Shown here: positions 8,423 to 18,406 of the stretch, piece by piece
Position numbering within the stretch: the first letter of the stretch is position 1
Layout of the letters: every line of letters starts with the position of its first letter
Source of the DNA: an uncultured Thermoplasmatales archaeon
GTDB lineage: Archaea; Thermoplasmatota; E2; DHVEG-1
Reading direction: 5' to 3'
Assembly (NCBI GenBank): GCA_964414035.1
Contig: CAYPUK010000127.1
Location: 1-62,603 of the forward strand
DNA length: 62,603 nucleotides
Position numbers and translations under genes: made by a program
The notes under the pieces: model-generated
Databases searched by the model: none
Told to the model about the DNA's origin: nothing
Seen by the model: the letters and a program-made list of their open reading frames with translations, nothing else

Positions 8423-9793
8423 TTACGTAGATGTTAATTGATTTAAGAAGAATGCACTAACTTTAACAGAGATAATTAACAAGCACAATAATATAACTAA
8501 AGTCCCACCAAGGACAATAAAGGTGTAGGATTGCAGACCTCGTGCGAGTTCTACTAAGGAAAAACCAATACTTGAGATTAAAAGCATAATTAAGGACACA
8601 CTGTACAATAATAAGATATCAGATTTTTTACCAATATACTTACTTCCAAGTGGTGCAGCAATAATTACTCCTGAAAGAAATGAAAAAACAAACAACCAGA
8701 TAATCAAGCCAGTTGATTCTCCTTGGGTAAATGCAAGAAAAAACGCTAAAAATGGTATTGATGCAATAGCAGGTAAGATCATGGCAACTATTTTTCCAAG
8801 AACAAAGGATTCTGCTGAAAGTGGTACTGATTTAATCAACCAAACCTTGTTTTCCTCTGTTAAAAACAAGTTTAGAGTGATAAACACTGCAGTATAGACT
8901 ACTAAAACGTATATTCCAACGAAGGCATACGTTTCTACTGAAAGATGATTTGTAAAAAATCGAAGTTCTTCAGGAAGGAATAATGATTGTCCAAATACTG
9001 CAAGATAGCCTGTACTTATTCCTAGAAATGATGCAGAAAAAACAATGCTTGCCAGTAAGCGTTCTCGCCATAGAAAAACCCATTCTTTGACGCAAACCGA
9101 CCAAAATGAACCTGGGAATTGAGTGCTTTCATCTTTGTGAATCTTGTTTTTTTGTTGCTGAAAAAGATATCCCTTTAAAACATTTCGTGAACTAATCCAA
9201 AATAAAACGATATAAAAAATTGATATGAAACTGAGGACAACCCAATTAAACGAAAGCCAAAGAAAAAGCAATGGACTCATTAGCAAGGGAATGAACCATC
9301 GATACTTACTAAAAAGTAGATAGCACAAGAGTGATCCAATGATGCCTGCAAGAAGGACTGCAGCGGTGAGGAATAAATATGGTATCGTGCCTTCAAAGGA
9401 AAGATGTAACAGATAGATGAGGAGTGTGTAAAAACCAGATAAAACCGCCCAGAATCCTAGATTTGACCATATAATAACGAAAACGATTTCTGATAGAATC
9501 ATTGATTGTTTCTTTTGAGTTGATAATGCATAAACTAATGCATGGTTGGTAATGAACAATCGGTAGAAGTCATATGCAGCTTTTAATAGGAATATGCCAA
9601 AGATGGCAAAAAAGAGTTGTTTCGTTGAAATGAAGATATCCAAACTAAAGAAAACTAGGCTGATTCCAGCAATCATCATCACAGAAAACACAGCCATAGA
9701 AAAAAATAAAACATAAAGCAAGGGAGATTGTGTTAAGTTCTTTTTAAATGATCTCCATGAATCTGTGATAACAAGATTAAATGTTTCTAACAT
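8423..9793 (-). CDS. Polytopic membrane protein, putative ABC-2-type permease partner
   Basis: About 10-12 predicted TM helices. Lies 5 nt downstream of the ABC ATPase gene on the same strand. Confidence 0.5.
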   Translation of the reverse strand: MLETFNLVITDSWRSFKKNLTQSPLLYVLFFSMAVFSVMMIAGISLVFFSLDIFISTKQLFFAIFGIFLLKAAYDFYRLFITNHALVYALSTQKKQSMILSEIVFVIIWSNLGFWAVLSGFYTLLIYLLHLSFEGTIPYLFLTAAVLLAGIIGSLLCYLLFSKYRWFIPLLMSPLLFLWLSFNWVVLSFISIFYIVLFWISSRNVLKGYLFQQQKNKIHKDESTQFPGSFWSVCVKEWVFLWRERLLASIVFSASFLGISTGYLAVFGQSLFLPEELRFFTNHLSVETYAFVGIYVLVVYTAVFITLNLFLTEENKVWLIKSVPLSAESFVLGKIVAMILPAIASIPFLAFFLAFTQGESTGLIIWLFVFSFLSGVIIAAPLGSKYIGKKSDILLLYSVSLIMLLISSIGFSLVELARGLQSYTFIVLGGTLVILLCLLIISVKVSAFFLNQLTST

Positions 9794-9798
9794 GATAG

Positions 9799-10494
9799 TT
9801 ACATTCCAGTGATTGAAAAATAAGATTCCTCAATGGTAGTATACGAATTCAATAGTTTTTTTACTGATTCAGAAGCAACAATAGTTCCATTCACTAGAAA
9901 ATACACGTAATCAGCAACTTTTTCAACTAATGATCCTGAATGAGTTGCTATTAGCGTGGTACCTTGTTGTTTCATAATGAATTGTTCAAGAGTTTTTGCA
10001 GTAAGGGGATCTAATCCCCAAACTGGTTCATCTAACAAAAGATTTTGCGGATGATGAAATAATGCAGCAATCATCGAAATCTTTTGTTTCATGCCCTTTG
10101 AATATCCATTTATTTCCACATTTAATGCATCTGAGATCCTAAGAAGATGAGCAAATTCTTCGATTTTCTTTTCAGGTTGATTGATATTTCGAAGAGATGC
10201 TAGATACAAAAGGAATTCTTTTCCAGTTAACCGGTTATAGAGATAGGGCATTTCTGGTAGATATCCAATCGTTTTTCGAATGTGGTTGGAATTTTTTTTT
10301 ATCGAATGACCATCGATCATAATATTTCCTTGATCAAAGGATAAGACTCCTGCACAGATCTTTAATAAGGTACTTTTTCCTGCACCATTTTCACCCATTA
10401 ATGCAGTGACCGTTTTATCATTGAATGTACAAGAGATGTTATCTAATGCAAGAAATGATCCGTATGTTTTCGTAAGAGATTCTATGCTGATCAT
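9799..10494 (-). CDS. ABC transporter ATP-binding protein
   Basis: Walker A GENGAGKST, signature YSKGMKQK, Walker B LLLDEP. Confidence 0.9.
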   Translation of the reverse strand: MISIESLTKTYGSFLALDNISCTFNDKTVTALMGENGAGKSTLLKICAGVLSFDQGNIMIDGHSIKKNSNHIRKTIGYLPEMPYLYNRLTGKEFLLYLASLRNINQPEKKIEEFAHLLRISDALNVEINGYSKGMKQKISMIAALFHHPQNLLLDEPVWGLDPLTAKTLEQFIMKQQGTTLIATHSGSLVEKVADYVYFLVNGTIVASESVKKLLNSYTTIEESYFSITGM

Positions 10495-10611
10495 GAAAGT
10501 TCATCCCGCAGATATTGTAATGGTAGTATCTAAAAATAATTACGGTTCTTACCCTAAAGTGAGTGTAACATGTTAATAAAGTACATATGTTAGAACGTTA
10601 TTTATTGCATT

Positions 10612-11490
10612 ATGCATTTTCAACAAATTCATGGAATCGCTTTTATCCTGTTGTTTCTATCACTTTTGACAGTAGGCTGTTTGGATTCCCAACAAGATAA
10701 TGATAATGAAAATGGAGAAGAGGTAACAGTTACAAGAGTGATTGATGGAGATACCTTAGTTGTTCAGTTTTCTAATGATTCGATGGCAACCATTCGTCTT
10801 CTTGGCGTTGACTGTCCTGAAACCTCAATAGAAAAAAATAATGCGTATGAATATCAAAATATTACTAATCTTAGTTGTTTAACCTATTATGGTAACCAAG
10901 CTAAAACCTATGTTACTTCTTTATTGAATAACTCAAAGATTATTATTTCTTATGATGATCAAGCACAACGAGTGGATCAATATGGTAGATTTCTCTGTTA
11001 CATAACTGTTAAATCAACAGATTTCAATGCACAGTTGATAGAGGAAGGATATGCCCGTGTATATACTCTTGAAACGTTTACTAAAAAGCAAGACTATCTT
11101 TTACTACAACAAGACGCAATGGCAGAAAATATGGGATTATGGGGATGCATCACATCGAACCATCCGTTGATTATTGATTCCGTTCATTATGATGCCAGGG
11201 GAAACGATGAAGATAACCTTAATGATGAATATGTTGTTTTAATAAACTCTGGTGATGAGGTAATTCGTCTGAGCGGATGGAGTATGCATGATGAACATGG
11301 AAACACATTTGATTTTCCAAATGGATTCGTGTTAACGCCATCTCATTCAGCTACCATCTATACAGGAAGTGGAACAAATATGACCACAGCGCTTTATTGG
11401 CATCATGAAACACCGGTTTGGAATAATGGTGGAGATACTGTATTTATCAGAAATGAAAAAAATGAGATTATCGTTACATACTCATGGTAA
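10612..11490 (+). CDS. Exported thermonuclease (SNase) fused to a lamin-tail domain
   Basis: Lipobox-like LLTVGC. VIDGDTLVV...IRLLGVDCPE SNase motif. C-terminal LTD-like segment (YVVLINSGDEVIRLSGWSMHDEHGNTFDFP). Confidence 0.85.
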   Translation: MHFQQIHGIAFILLFLSLLTVGCLDSQQDNDNENGEEVTVTRVIDGDTLVVQFSNDSMATIRLLGVDCPETSIEKNNAYEYQNITNLSCLTYYGNQAKTYVTSLLNNSKIIISYDDQAQRVDQYGRFLCYITVKSTDFNAQLIEEGYARVYTLETFTKKQDYLLLQQDAMAENMGLWGCITSNHPLIIDSVHYDARGNDEDNLNDEYVVLINSGDEVIRLSGWSMHDEHGNTFDFPNGFVLTPSHSATIYTGSGTNMTTALYWHHETPVWNNGGDTVFIRNEKNEIIVTYSW

Positions 11491-11550
11491 TTTTATAGAA
11501 TAAAAACAATAATTTTATATATTCGAACGTATCATTTTATATGTTGGAAG

Positions 11551-11955
11551 GTGATTATTTTATACATGCATAAAATGATAGAAGAAATTGACGCATCTGA
11601 TTGGTCAACAATACTTGAAAATCAAAAAAAACCATTAATGATCATGTTTTATGATCCCTTCTGTCCGCACTGCCAATCAATGGATTCGCCTTTTTCATCT
11701 CACGCCAAAACATTCAAAGAAAAAATAGCCTTTATGAAATTCAACATTCAACAAAACCAACAAATCCCCTATTTTTATGGTGTTCATTCCGTCCCAACTT
11801 TTATCTTCTTTTGCCATGGCAAACCAATAACCGTACTCACTGGAGAAGTTCATCCTTCTATTCTAAAACATACCATCGAAGATGGGCTACTTCATGGCAC
11901 ACAATGCGCAGATCAACGAACTGAGATTAACTACGAATTCACTGGATACCTCTAA
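11551..11955 (+). CDS. Thioredoxin-fold protein (CPHC)
   Basis: FYDPFCPHCQ active-site motif. The track start is GTG, and an ATG alternative lies at 11566. Confidence 0.6.
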   Translation: MIILYMHKMIEEIDASDWSTILENQKKPLMIMFYDPFCPHCQSMDSPFSSHAKTFKEKIAFMKFNIQQNQQIPYFYGVHSVPTFIFFCHGKPITVLTGEVHPSILKHTIEDGLLHGTQCADQRTEINYEFTGYL

Positions 11956-11969
11956 AAATCAATATAATT

Positions 11970-13253
11970 CTATTGATAAGAACTCATCCGTTTAATGCCC
12001 TCTACGATATGGTCATGATCATAAACCAATGGTCCATAAGACAATCGGATGCCATGATTCATACTTGGACCAAAACCCACACCAGGAATTACTAGTGTCC
12101 CTGTTTCTTTTAACACTTGTTTTACAAATGAAACCGGATCAACTTGATTAGGCGTTGGACAAACCGTGTATAATCCTCCCTTAGGTTCTAAATACGGCCA
12201 TTCTAAATAGGTATCAATCGCAGCGGTTAACACCGTAGCTGTTTTTTTGTAAAGTTGCCGAATGTGGTCAACATACTCTTTTACAAAACCATTTTTCAAT
12301 GATGATTCTAAAAATTGAGCAATAGCCATACTATGCAACGTATCAGGTGAAAGAAGCATTGATTCATTGATTTTTTCAAGACCCTGCACCACAGATTGAT
12401 TTGCTTCAATCCATCCCAACCTTCGACCAAGACTACTCAACCATTTGGAATGAGAATGAATACCGATTACTTGTGGCATATCTTCTGGAGACCACTGAAA
12501 ACATGAAGGCATTTCATCAAACCATAATGCTTTATATGCAAAATCAAGAATGAGAAAACCATGATGGTCTTGCATAATATCTGCAGCTCCTTTCAAAAAA
12601 TCATCAGATGGGATCTGACTGGTAGGATTATCAGGAACTGGAAGGATTAATGCTTTAGCACCTTGTTCTACAAATTCTTGTAGTTCATCTAATGATTGCT
12701 GAGGATTGGATAAATACGTCCAAGTAGAAGCATCTAATGCGGAAATAAAACGAAGTGTACTGGACGGCAAAGCGATTTTTACGGCATTTGCATAATTTGC
12801 ATAGGTTGGATCAAGAACACAGATGTCATCACCTGGATCAGCGATCACTCGCAAGACATCATGGAATAATTGAGTTGATGATTGGCCAAGAACAATGTTT
12901 TTTTCTGAAATATTTTTTACATCATACACATTTCGTTCTAATTGAGCGAGTTGATACCTGCAAGATTCATTGCCAATGATTGCACTATATCGACCAGTTT
13001 TATGAAATGCCTCTTTATCCCTGCAAAGATCCGTATAGATTTTCCGTAATGGTTCAGGAGCAAAATGATTACACCATCCTCCACCAAAAGAAATCATTGT
13101 TTCAGGGTTAACCCCCATTTCTTTGATGTTTGATGGTTCAGCCATTTTCATAATGGTTTGAATCGGAGATAATCCTTGCAAGGTATCTTCTACCAGATGA
13201 GATAAACTTGCTTTTTTATCATTAAGATTTGTGTTGGATGACATCACTATCAT
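11970..13253 (-). CDS. Class I/II PLP-dependent aminotransferase
   Basis: Fold-type I pattern with IHSHSKWLSSLGRRLGW (PLP lysine motif SxSK). The track start 13307 is TTG, so ATG 13253 is preferred. Confidence 0.8.
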   Translation of the reverse strand: MIVMSSNTNLNDKKASLSHLVEDTLQGLSPIQTIMKMAEPSNIKEMGVNPETMISFGGGWCNHFAPEPLRKIYTDLCRDKEAFHKTGRYSAIIGNESCRYQLAQLERNVYDVKNISEKNIVLGQSSTQLFHDVLRVIADPGDDICVLDPTYANYANAVKIALPSSTLRFISALDASTWTYLSNPQQSLDELQEFVEQGAKALILPVPDNPTSQIPSDDFLKGAADIMQDHHGFLILDFAYKALWFDEMPSCFQWSPEDMPQVIGIHSHSKWLSSLGRRLGWIEANQSVVQGLEKINESMLLSPDTLHSMAIAQFLESSLKNGFVKEYVDHIRQLYKKTATVLTAAIDTYLEWPYLEPKGGLYTVCPTPNQVDPVSFVKQVLKETGTLVIPGVGFGPSMNHGIRLSYGPLVYDHDHIVEGIKRMSSYQ

Positions 13254-13311
13254 GATTTCATAGCGTATCTTAAATGCTTTGATTACTGAATTGAAAACTT
13301 GATTCAAAACA

Positions 13312-15177
13312 TCATAAAATCTTTAGAACATCTCTTGTTGTTGAACCTAAGAGTTCATCACCATCATAAGCAGTAACTGATAGTTGATGTATCCCAAAAC
13401 TAGATTCATCCCATTTCCAAGAAAACGGTGGATCTACATCTACTGCCTTTTGTTTGCCATCAACAGAAAAGCTGACCGAGGAAACCTGATTACCATATTC
13501 ACCAGTAACCGATGCGTTAACCGTAAGTGGACCAAGTGCCATGGTGATTGGAAAGACATAGAAATCAGTATACAGGATTCTAAAAGAAGTATACTCATCG
13601 AACACGTAAAGACTTCCTTGACCTGGTTTTTCAATAACTACTGCGGGAGATGCTAGATCTTCTCCAATTGGTACAAAGTCTATGCCCGTGTAACGATGAC
13701 TTGAAAAAATAGGAATTTCTGGGTTCCAATGTTCATGGATTCCAAGACTTTCTTCAACATATGTTCCATCATTTTCTGGATCATAGGTTTCTTCTGGTGG
13801 TTCAGCTGCTTGATGTAAATAGTTTTGTGATCCCTCTAATGGAATAGGGCCTTCCGTGTGAAGGAAATCATACATGACCGAATCAATGGCCACAGGATCT
13901 TGACTGAAAAATAAGCTATTCGTCCAATCATCGTTGAATGGATACATGTGAAAATGAGTGATTGTTCGATGATCACGAAGCGTTCCAAATAATCCATCTC
14001 CTAAGAATAACACGGTTTTCTTGCCAAGGTCTTCATGAGCAAACAAATCAGTTTGAGGTGCTGCATTACCCATGAATTGCCCCGATTCATGATATGGATG
14101 GATCTCCATCACGGGTTCAATAAACGTACCGAACATATTCTTTCCAGATAAGGTGACTCCATGATTGATGGGATGTTGTTTTAACAATGGAATGTTAATG
14201 ATGTAGGAAGCATCTACTACACATTCTGGCAATGTCCAAATAGTTCCATCGGAAAAATGAAATTGTTTTTCACTTGGAATGACTTGTTGTCTTCCTGGTG
14301 CTCCACCCATTGAATCGATGAATTCAACGTTTGGATACTCTGCAACAATAGGATCATAGAACCAATCGGGCATCGGTCTTGATGCATCATAAATAATAAT
14401 ATCTTCCTGATTTATGCCAATAGAGTCAACAAGTTGTGAAAGAAGAACATTGACGACAGTTGGATCTGCATCACGTTGATTATCAACTTGATCATAGTCA
14501 TCAATGAAATCAAGTGGATTCCAACAATTATTCAAATTAACTTTGATCGCAAGTTTTTCTCCTGTTTGATATCCTTGACTTCCCCTGTTGTTTTCTTCGT
14601 TTACATAGGTAAATAAGGTGTCCCATGCTTCAGATAAACTATCAGTACCAGTTAAGGTCTTTACTCCGTCTTCCATCATCTCTTCAATTACTGTTCGATC
14701 ATTATTCTGTGGTTCCCACCAAAATCCATCGAGATCTTTTTCAGTGGCATCAGGATTCCAAGTCCAGACTACTCTTCCGGGTGAAACACCTTGAGGTATT
14801 CCCATTGGTTCATTTGGAATGGGGGTCCATGGCTCATAGGTTGGACCAGTAGCCATATTTGCAAATCCAAATCCGGTGATGCTACCAAGTAAAATGAAAA
14901 AGGATAATACTGCTGGAATGAGTGCAGTTGTTTTTCTTTTTGTTCTTTTCATTAGTTGAATTGTAGTATAAAGAATTCCACTCCAAAATGCAACATAACC
15001 AAGTGCAATAGGAATTGCTATTTGTTGACAGGGATATTGAGATCGGGTTGGCTTTGGAATGACTCGAACAAGAAACCAAATAAGTGCAATAATGCCTGCT
15101 AGGTGAAACCAGATTCCTTTTGCATGTTTAAGGCGGTGAAAAAAATGATATTTACATTTCATATGCTTGCCCCGCAT
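13312..15177 (-). CDS. DUF362 domain protein with N-terminal TM helices and a C-terminal Ig-like domain
   Basis: IINIPLLKQHPINHGVTLSGKNMFGTF matches the DUF362 core. TM segments occupy the first 100 aa. Confidence 0.65.
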   Translation of the reverse strand: MRGKHMKCKYHFFHRLKHAKGIWFHLAGIIALIWFLVRVIPKPTRSQYPCQQIAIPIALGYVAFWSGILYTTIQLMKRTKRKTTALIPAVLSFFILLGSITGFGFANMATGPTYEPWTPIPNEPMGIPQGVSPGRVVWTWNPDATEKDLDGFWWEPQNNDRTVIEEMMEDGVKTLTGTDSLSEAWDTLFTYVNEENNRGSQGYQTGEKLAIKVNLNNCWNPLDFIDDYDQVDNQRDADPTVVNVLLSQLVDSIGINQEDIIIYDASRPMPDWFYDPIVAEYPNVEFIDSMGGAPGRQQVIPSEKQFHFSDGTIWTLPECVVDASYIINIPLLKQHPINHGVTLSGKNMFGTFIEPVMEIHPYHESGQFMGNAAPQTDLFAHEDLGKKTVLFLGDGLFGTLRDHRTITHFHMYPFNDDWTNSLFFSQDPVAIDSVMYDFLHTEGPIPLEGSQNYLHQAAEPPEETYDPENDGTYVEESLGIHEHWNPEIPIFSSHRYTGIDFVPIGEDLASPAVVIEKPGQGSLYVFDEYTSFRILYTDFYVFPITMALGPLTVNASVTGEYGNQVSSVSFSVDGKQKAVDVDPPFSWKWDESSFGIHQLSVTAYDGDELLGSTTRDVLKIL

Positions 15178-15278
15178 AAAAATAAGATATAATAAACTAT
15201 AAAGGTTTCCCTTTTACAGCATAATAGGAAGATCTTTTTTGTACATTTATAGATTATTTTGAATGAGTTGTCTACTTG

Positions 15279-15950
15279 TTAGATCACACCTTTTTCACGG
15301 AGACTCACGAATTCATTGTTACCAATAACAATATGATCTAGGATTGATATGCCAAGGATCTCTCCAGCATTCATTAGATTTTTTGTCACTACTTCATCTT
15401 CTTTGCTTGGGGAGGGGTCTCCGCTTGGATGGTTATGTACTAGAATAAGTGAATTTGCACTTACTTTTACGGCTAAGTTGAATACTTCTCTTGGATGAAC
15501 CAGTGATGAATTAAGTGTCCCTTTTGAGATCAGGTGTTCTTTGATGATTTGATTTTTGGTGTCAAGGTAAAGGGCCATGAAATGTTCTTGTTTTAAATGG
15601 ATCATTTCATCTGAGAAGTGATTGAAGACGTCTTGTGCATTGGTAATTTTTTGTTTAAAACCTTTTTTTTGTAGTTTATTTGCCCGTCTGAATATTTCAA
15701 ACATGGCTGATATTTTCAATGCTTTTACATCTGTGTCTACGAGTTTTTTTAGTTCATCGAGTTCAAGAGTTGCTAATCGATGAAAATTTTGGCTTTTTAA
15801 AATTCGATGACTCATATCTATTGCGTTTTCTTGTTTATTTCCACGTCCAAGTACGATTGCGAGAAGTTCTGCATCTGAGAGATGGTTAGCACCTTTTCGT
15901 TGTAATCGGATACCTGGTCTGTTGTATCGTGGTATTTCATAAATGTTCAT
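15279..15950 (-). CDS. radC: RadC-like JAB/MPN domain protein
   Basis: HhH N-terminal part and JAMM motif LILVHNHPSGDPSPSKED. Confidence 0.85.
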   Translation of the reverse strand: MNIYEIPRYNRPGIRLQRKGANHLSDAELLAIVLGRGNKQENAIDMSHRILKSQNFHRLATLELDELKKLVDTDVKALKISAMFEIFRRANKLQKKGFKQKITNAQDVFNHFSDEMIHLKQEHFMALYLDTKNQIIKEHLISKGTLNSSLVHPREVFNLAVKVSANSLILVHNHPSGDPSPSKEDEVVTKNLMNAGEILGISILDHIVIGNNEFVSLREKGVI

Positions 15951-16108
15951 GCCCGTCTCACCGAGAATCAGATATTATTTTTTATCTTTTATAGTTTTCT
16001 AAATTATAAATTTATTCAATAAAAAATATGAAAATTGGACTGGATAAAATAACAATCATTAAAACTACAATTGCAGATATATAACAAATTTTCCAAGGAG
16101 AAAATAAC

Positions 16109-17788
16109 ATGAATATCATATTTCCATCTCATTATTCGATGAATAAGAAAAGAATGGCAAAGATCGTTTGTTTTTTCGTTTTGCTCGTTTCGACAATATC
16201 TATCATTAGTATAAATCCTGTTTCTGCTGAAGAAATCAATCCTACAACGTATGCACCAATTCTTTATTTTGAAGGACAAGAAACATGTTATCCGATTGAT
16301 GCAACCTATCACATCGATAACTCAGCAGTATATGTTCATGATGGTGAAACCGCTACACTTGTAGATGATAATCCAACAATTTCAGAATTATCCACGTATA
16401 CTGAATCAGCCTTTTTCCTTGATAATACTCAAGGATCCTCAAAAGATGCAGATAGCATTATTTCGCATTATCAACAATCAAAAAACCAGTATGATATCAT
16501 AGTATACTATCGACAATCTGAACAGATGGGTAAAACGGTGCTTCAATACTGGTTCTTTTATGCATATAACAATGGTGATCTCAATGTCCACGAAGGCGAT
16601 TGGGAAATGATTCAACTCATCTTTGAATCAAGCACACCAACCACTGCTATGTACAGTCAACATCACAGTGGACAACAAATCCAATGGAATGAAGTAGATA
16701 CTACTTCCACTCATCCACATGTGTATATTTCAAGAGGAAGCCATGCAAACTACTTCCGATCCTTTTCTGGAAAGCTTGGCGTTGCAAGTGATACCGTAGG
16801 AAACAATGGGTTGATTTTAACTAATGAGGATTATCAATTAGTAGAATTAACCAATCAAAGTTGGTTGTCATTTGCTGGAAGATGGGGAGAAATGCAAGAA
16901 GTTGAGGATACACTTCTTGGATTCAGTGGTCCTTTTGGGCCTGCATTTAGAGAAAACGGGAATATGTGGAACAACCCCGTGGGATGGGGTGGAAGCCTAC
17001 CTGTTTTAAACACATCTCTTTTGCCTGTCGAATGGTTACTTTATAACTTTGTCACCATCTTTTTTGTTATTACTGCGCTTTCCATCGCGCTGTTATCTTT
17101 TAAATTATATCGACGATCAAAAGATCATGGTTTTGGACCTCGATTCTTCTCTTTTTTGTATATCGATGGAGTTAATGTTCATAGTATAGGAAACATACTG
17201 TTTTTTGCAGGAATTGCAGTTGCAATCATTGGATTAGTACTTCCATGGTATTCACTTTCTGCAGCAGTGACCGTTGAAGATTACACCACAGACGGATTCA
17301 TTGATTTTTTACAAATTGATGGATTAAACGGCGTGCAATTAACATATCCTGGGGCTAATGGACCAATCGCCATTGGTTCATTCATCTTGCCGTTCTCACT
17401 AATCATTGCTATTGGTTTTGTCTTTACCATGTTCAAAGCAATAGGAATACAGAAAAGCAATGTCTTAGGTAGAAGCTATCTTTGGAGAGGAATATCCCTT
17501 ATCATTCCATTTATCATTCTTATTATCGTCATTTTTAGTCTTGGCAGTATCATTCCATCACTGGTTCCTGAAGACATGGGTGCAAATGAGATAACTTCAA
17601 TATTTTCCTCACTATCACAAAATCCACTTTCCGGATCAGAAACAATTACTTTATCAGATGCAAGTATGACTGGAAGTATTGATATGACCTGGGGATTAGG
17701 AACTGGAGGGTATCTTTTGTTAATTGCAGGAATTATATTGGCAATTGCAGGTTTTCTATTAATTACTGCTCGGAGAACGTTTTATTAA
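16109..17788 (+). CDS. Vps62/DUF946-like exported domain fused to a C-terminal multi-TM region
   Basis: YAPILYFEGQETCYPID, YWFFYAYN...HEGDWEMIQL and HPHVYISRGSHANYF fit the Vps62 (PF06101) pattern from memory. At least 4 TM helices lie in the C-terminal half. Confidence 0.55.
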   Translation: MNIIFPSHYSMNKKRMAKIVCFFVLLVSTISIISINPVSAEEINPTTYAPILYFEGQETCYPIDATYHIDNSAVYVHDGETATLVDDNPTISELSTYTESAFFLDNTQGSSKDADSIISHYQQSKNQYDIIVYYRQSEQMGKTVLQYWFFYAYNNGDLNVHEGDWEMIQLIFESSTPTTAMYSQHHSGQQIQWNEVDTTSTHPHVYISRGSHANYFRSFSGKLGVASDTVGNNGLILTNEDYQLVELTNQSWLSFAGRWGEMQEVEDTLLGFSGPFGPAFRENGNMWNNPVGWGGSLPVLNTSLLPVEWLLYNFVTIFFVITALSIALLSFKLYRRSKDHGFGPRFFSFLYIDGVNVHSIGNILFFAGIAVAIIGLVLPWYSLSAAVTVEDYTTDGFIDFLQIDGLNGVQLTYPGANGPIAIGSFILPFSLIIAIGFVFTMFKAIGIQKSNVLGRSYLWRGISLIIPFIILIIVIFSLGSIIPSLVPEDMGANEITSIFSSLSQNPLSGSETITLSDASMTGSIDMTWGLGTGGYLLLIAGIILAIAGFLLITARRTFY

Positions 17789-17861
17789 TAAAAATTAGCA
17801 GGCCTCATTCTTTTAAAAAAATAGTTCTTTACCTGTTCTACTAACGAATCATCCTTAGATT

Positions 17862-17935
17862 GGGAAAGGAGGCGGGGTGAGGGGGATGAGATGGGAAAGA
17901 TCCCCCTCGAAAAGGAGGGCACAAGGGGCGGAGGG
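17862..17935. other. G-tract island C with a central 9-bp hairpin, function unknown
   Basis: GAGGGGGAT (17879-17887) pairs with ATCCCCCTC (17900-17908). It is flanked by many GGG/GGGG/GGGGG runs on the + strand, between convergent gene ends. Confidence 0.5.
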
Positions 17936-17954
17936 TACGATTTAGTGTTCTCTC

Positions 17955-18152
17955 TTAAATCTCAATCTTTTTTACTGCTCGAATATGATGAAAAGGAAGT
18001 TGAACCATGCCGTTTTGATTTTCAAGTATTATGATTTTCTTTTGAGTGTCAACTGATTTTACATATCCACTTTGCACGATGCCTTGGGAATCATCAGAAG
18101 GAACTAATGCGACTTTGCAATATGAACCAGTGATATTTTTCAAAATGTTCAT
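17955..18152 (-). CDS. Small beta-rich protein, possibly Sm-like/DUF2642-like (tentative)
   Basis: 65-aa ORF. The pattern CKVALVP...GYVKSVD..IIILEN..GMVQLPFHHIRAVKKI is reminiscent of small SH3/Sm-fold proteins. Confidence 0.35.
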   Translation of the reverse strand: MNILKNITGSYCKVALVPSDDSQGIVQSGYVKSVDTQKKIIILENQNGMVQLPFHHIRAVKKIEI

Positions 18153-18274
18153 GCAGATTGCATCTCCCTTTTTTCTGCACTATTCTTTATTGATTCCTCC
18201 TTTCGTGCTCGTTGCTTAATAAGATACAACCAATTATCCACCTTTTTCTCATCCTTTTTCATCTCGACCATCAT
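18149..18274 (-). CDS. 41-aa micro-ORF translationally coupled (ATGA overlap) to 17955..18152
   Basis: Own translation: MMVEMKKDEKKVDNWLYLIKQRARKEESIKNSAEKREMQSA. The stop TGA overlaps the downstream ATG. Not in the track because it is under 60 aa. Confidence 0.3.
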   Translation of the reverse strand: MMVEMKKDEKKVDNWLYLIKQRARKEESIKNSAEKREMQSA

Positions 18275-18406
18275 GTTAAAGGTTGTCAAGATTAATATTT
18301 AAATATATGCTGAAAAACAAATCTTTTGACAAAATTACATTACCGAAATGGTTTAGAAAAAATAAAGAAAAATCCAACAAAGAAAAGACAAACACTAAAC
18401 AGAGAA

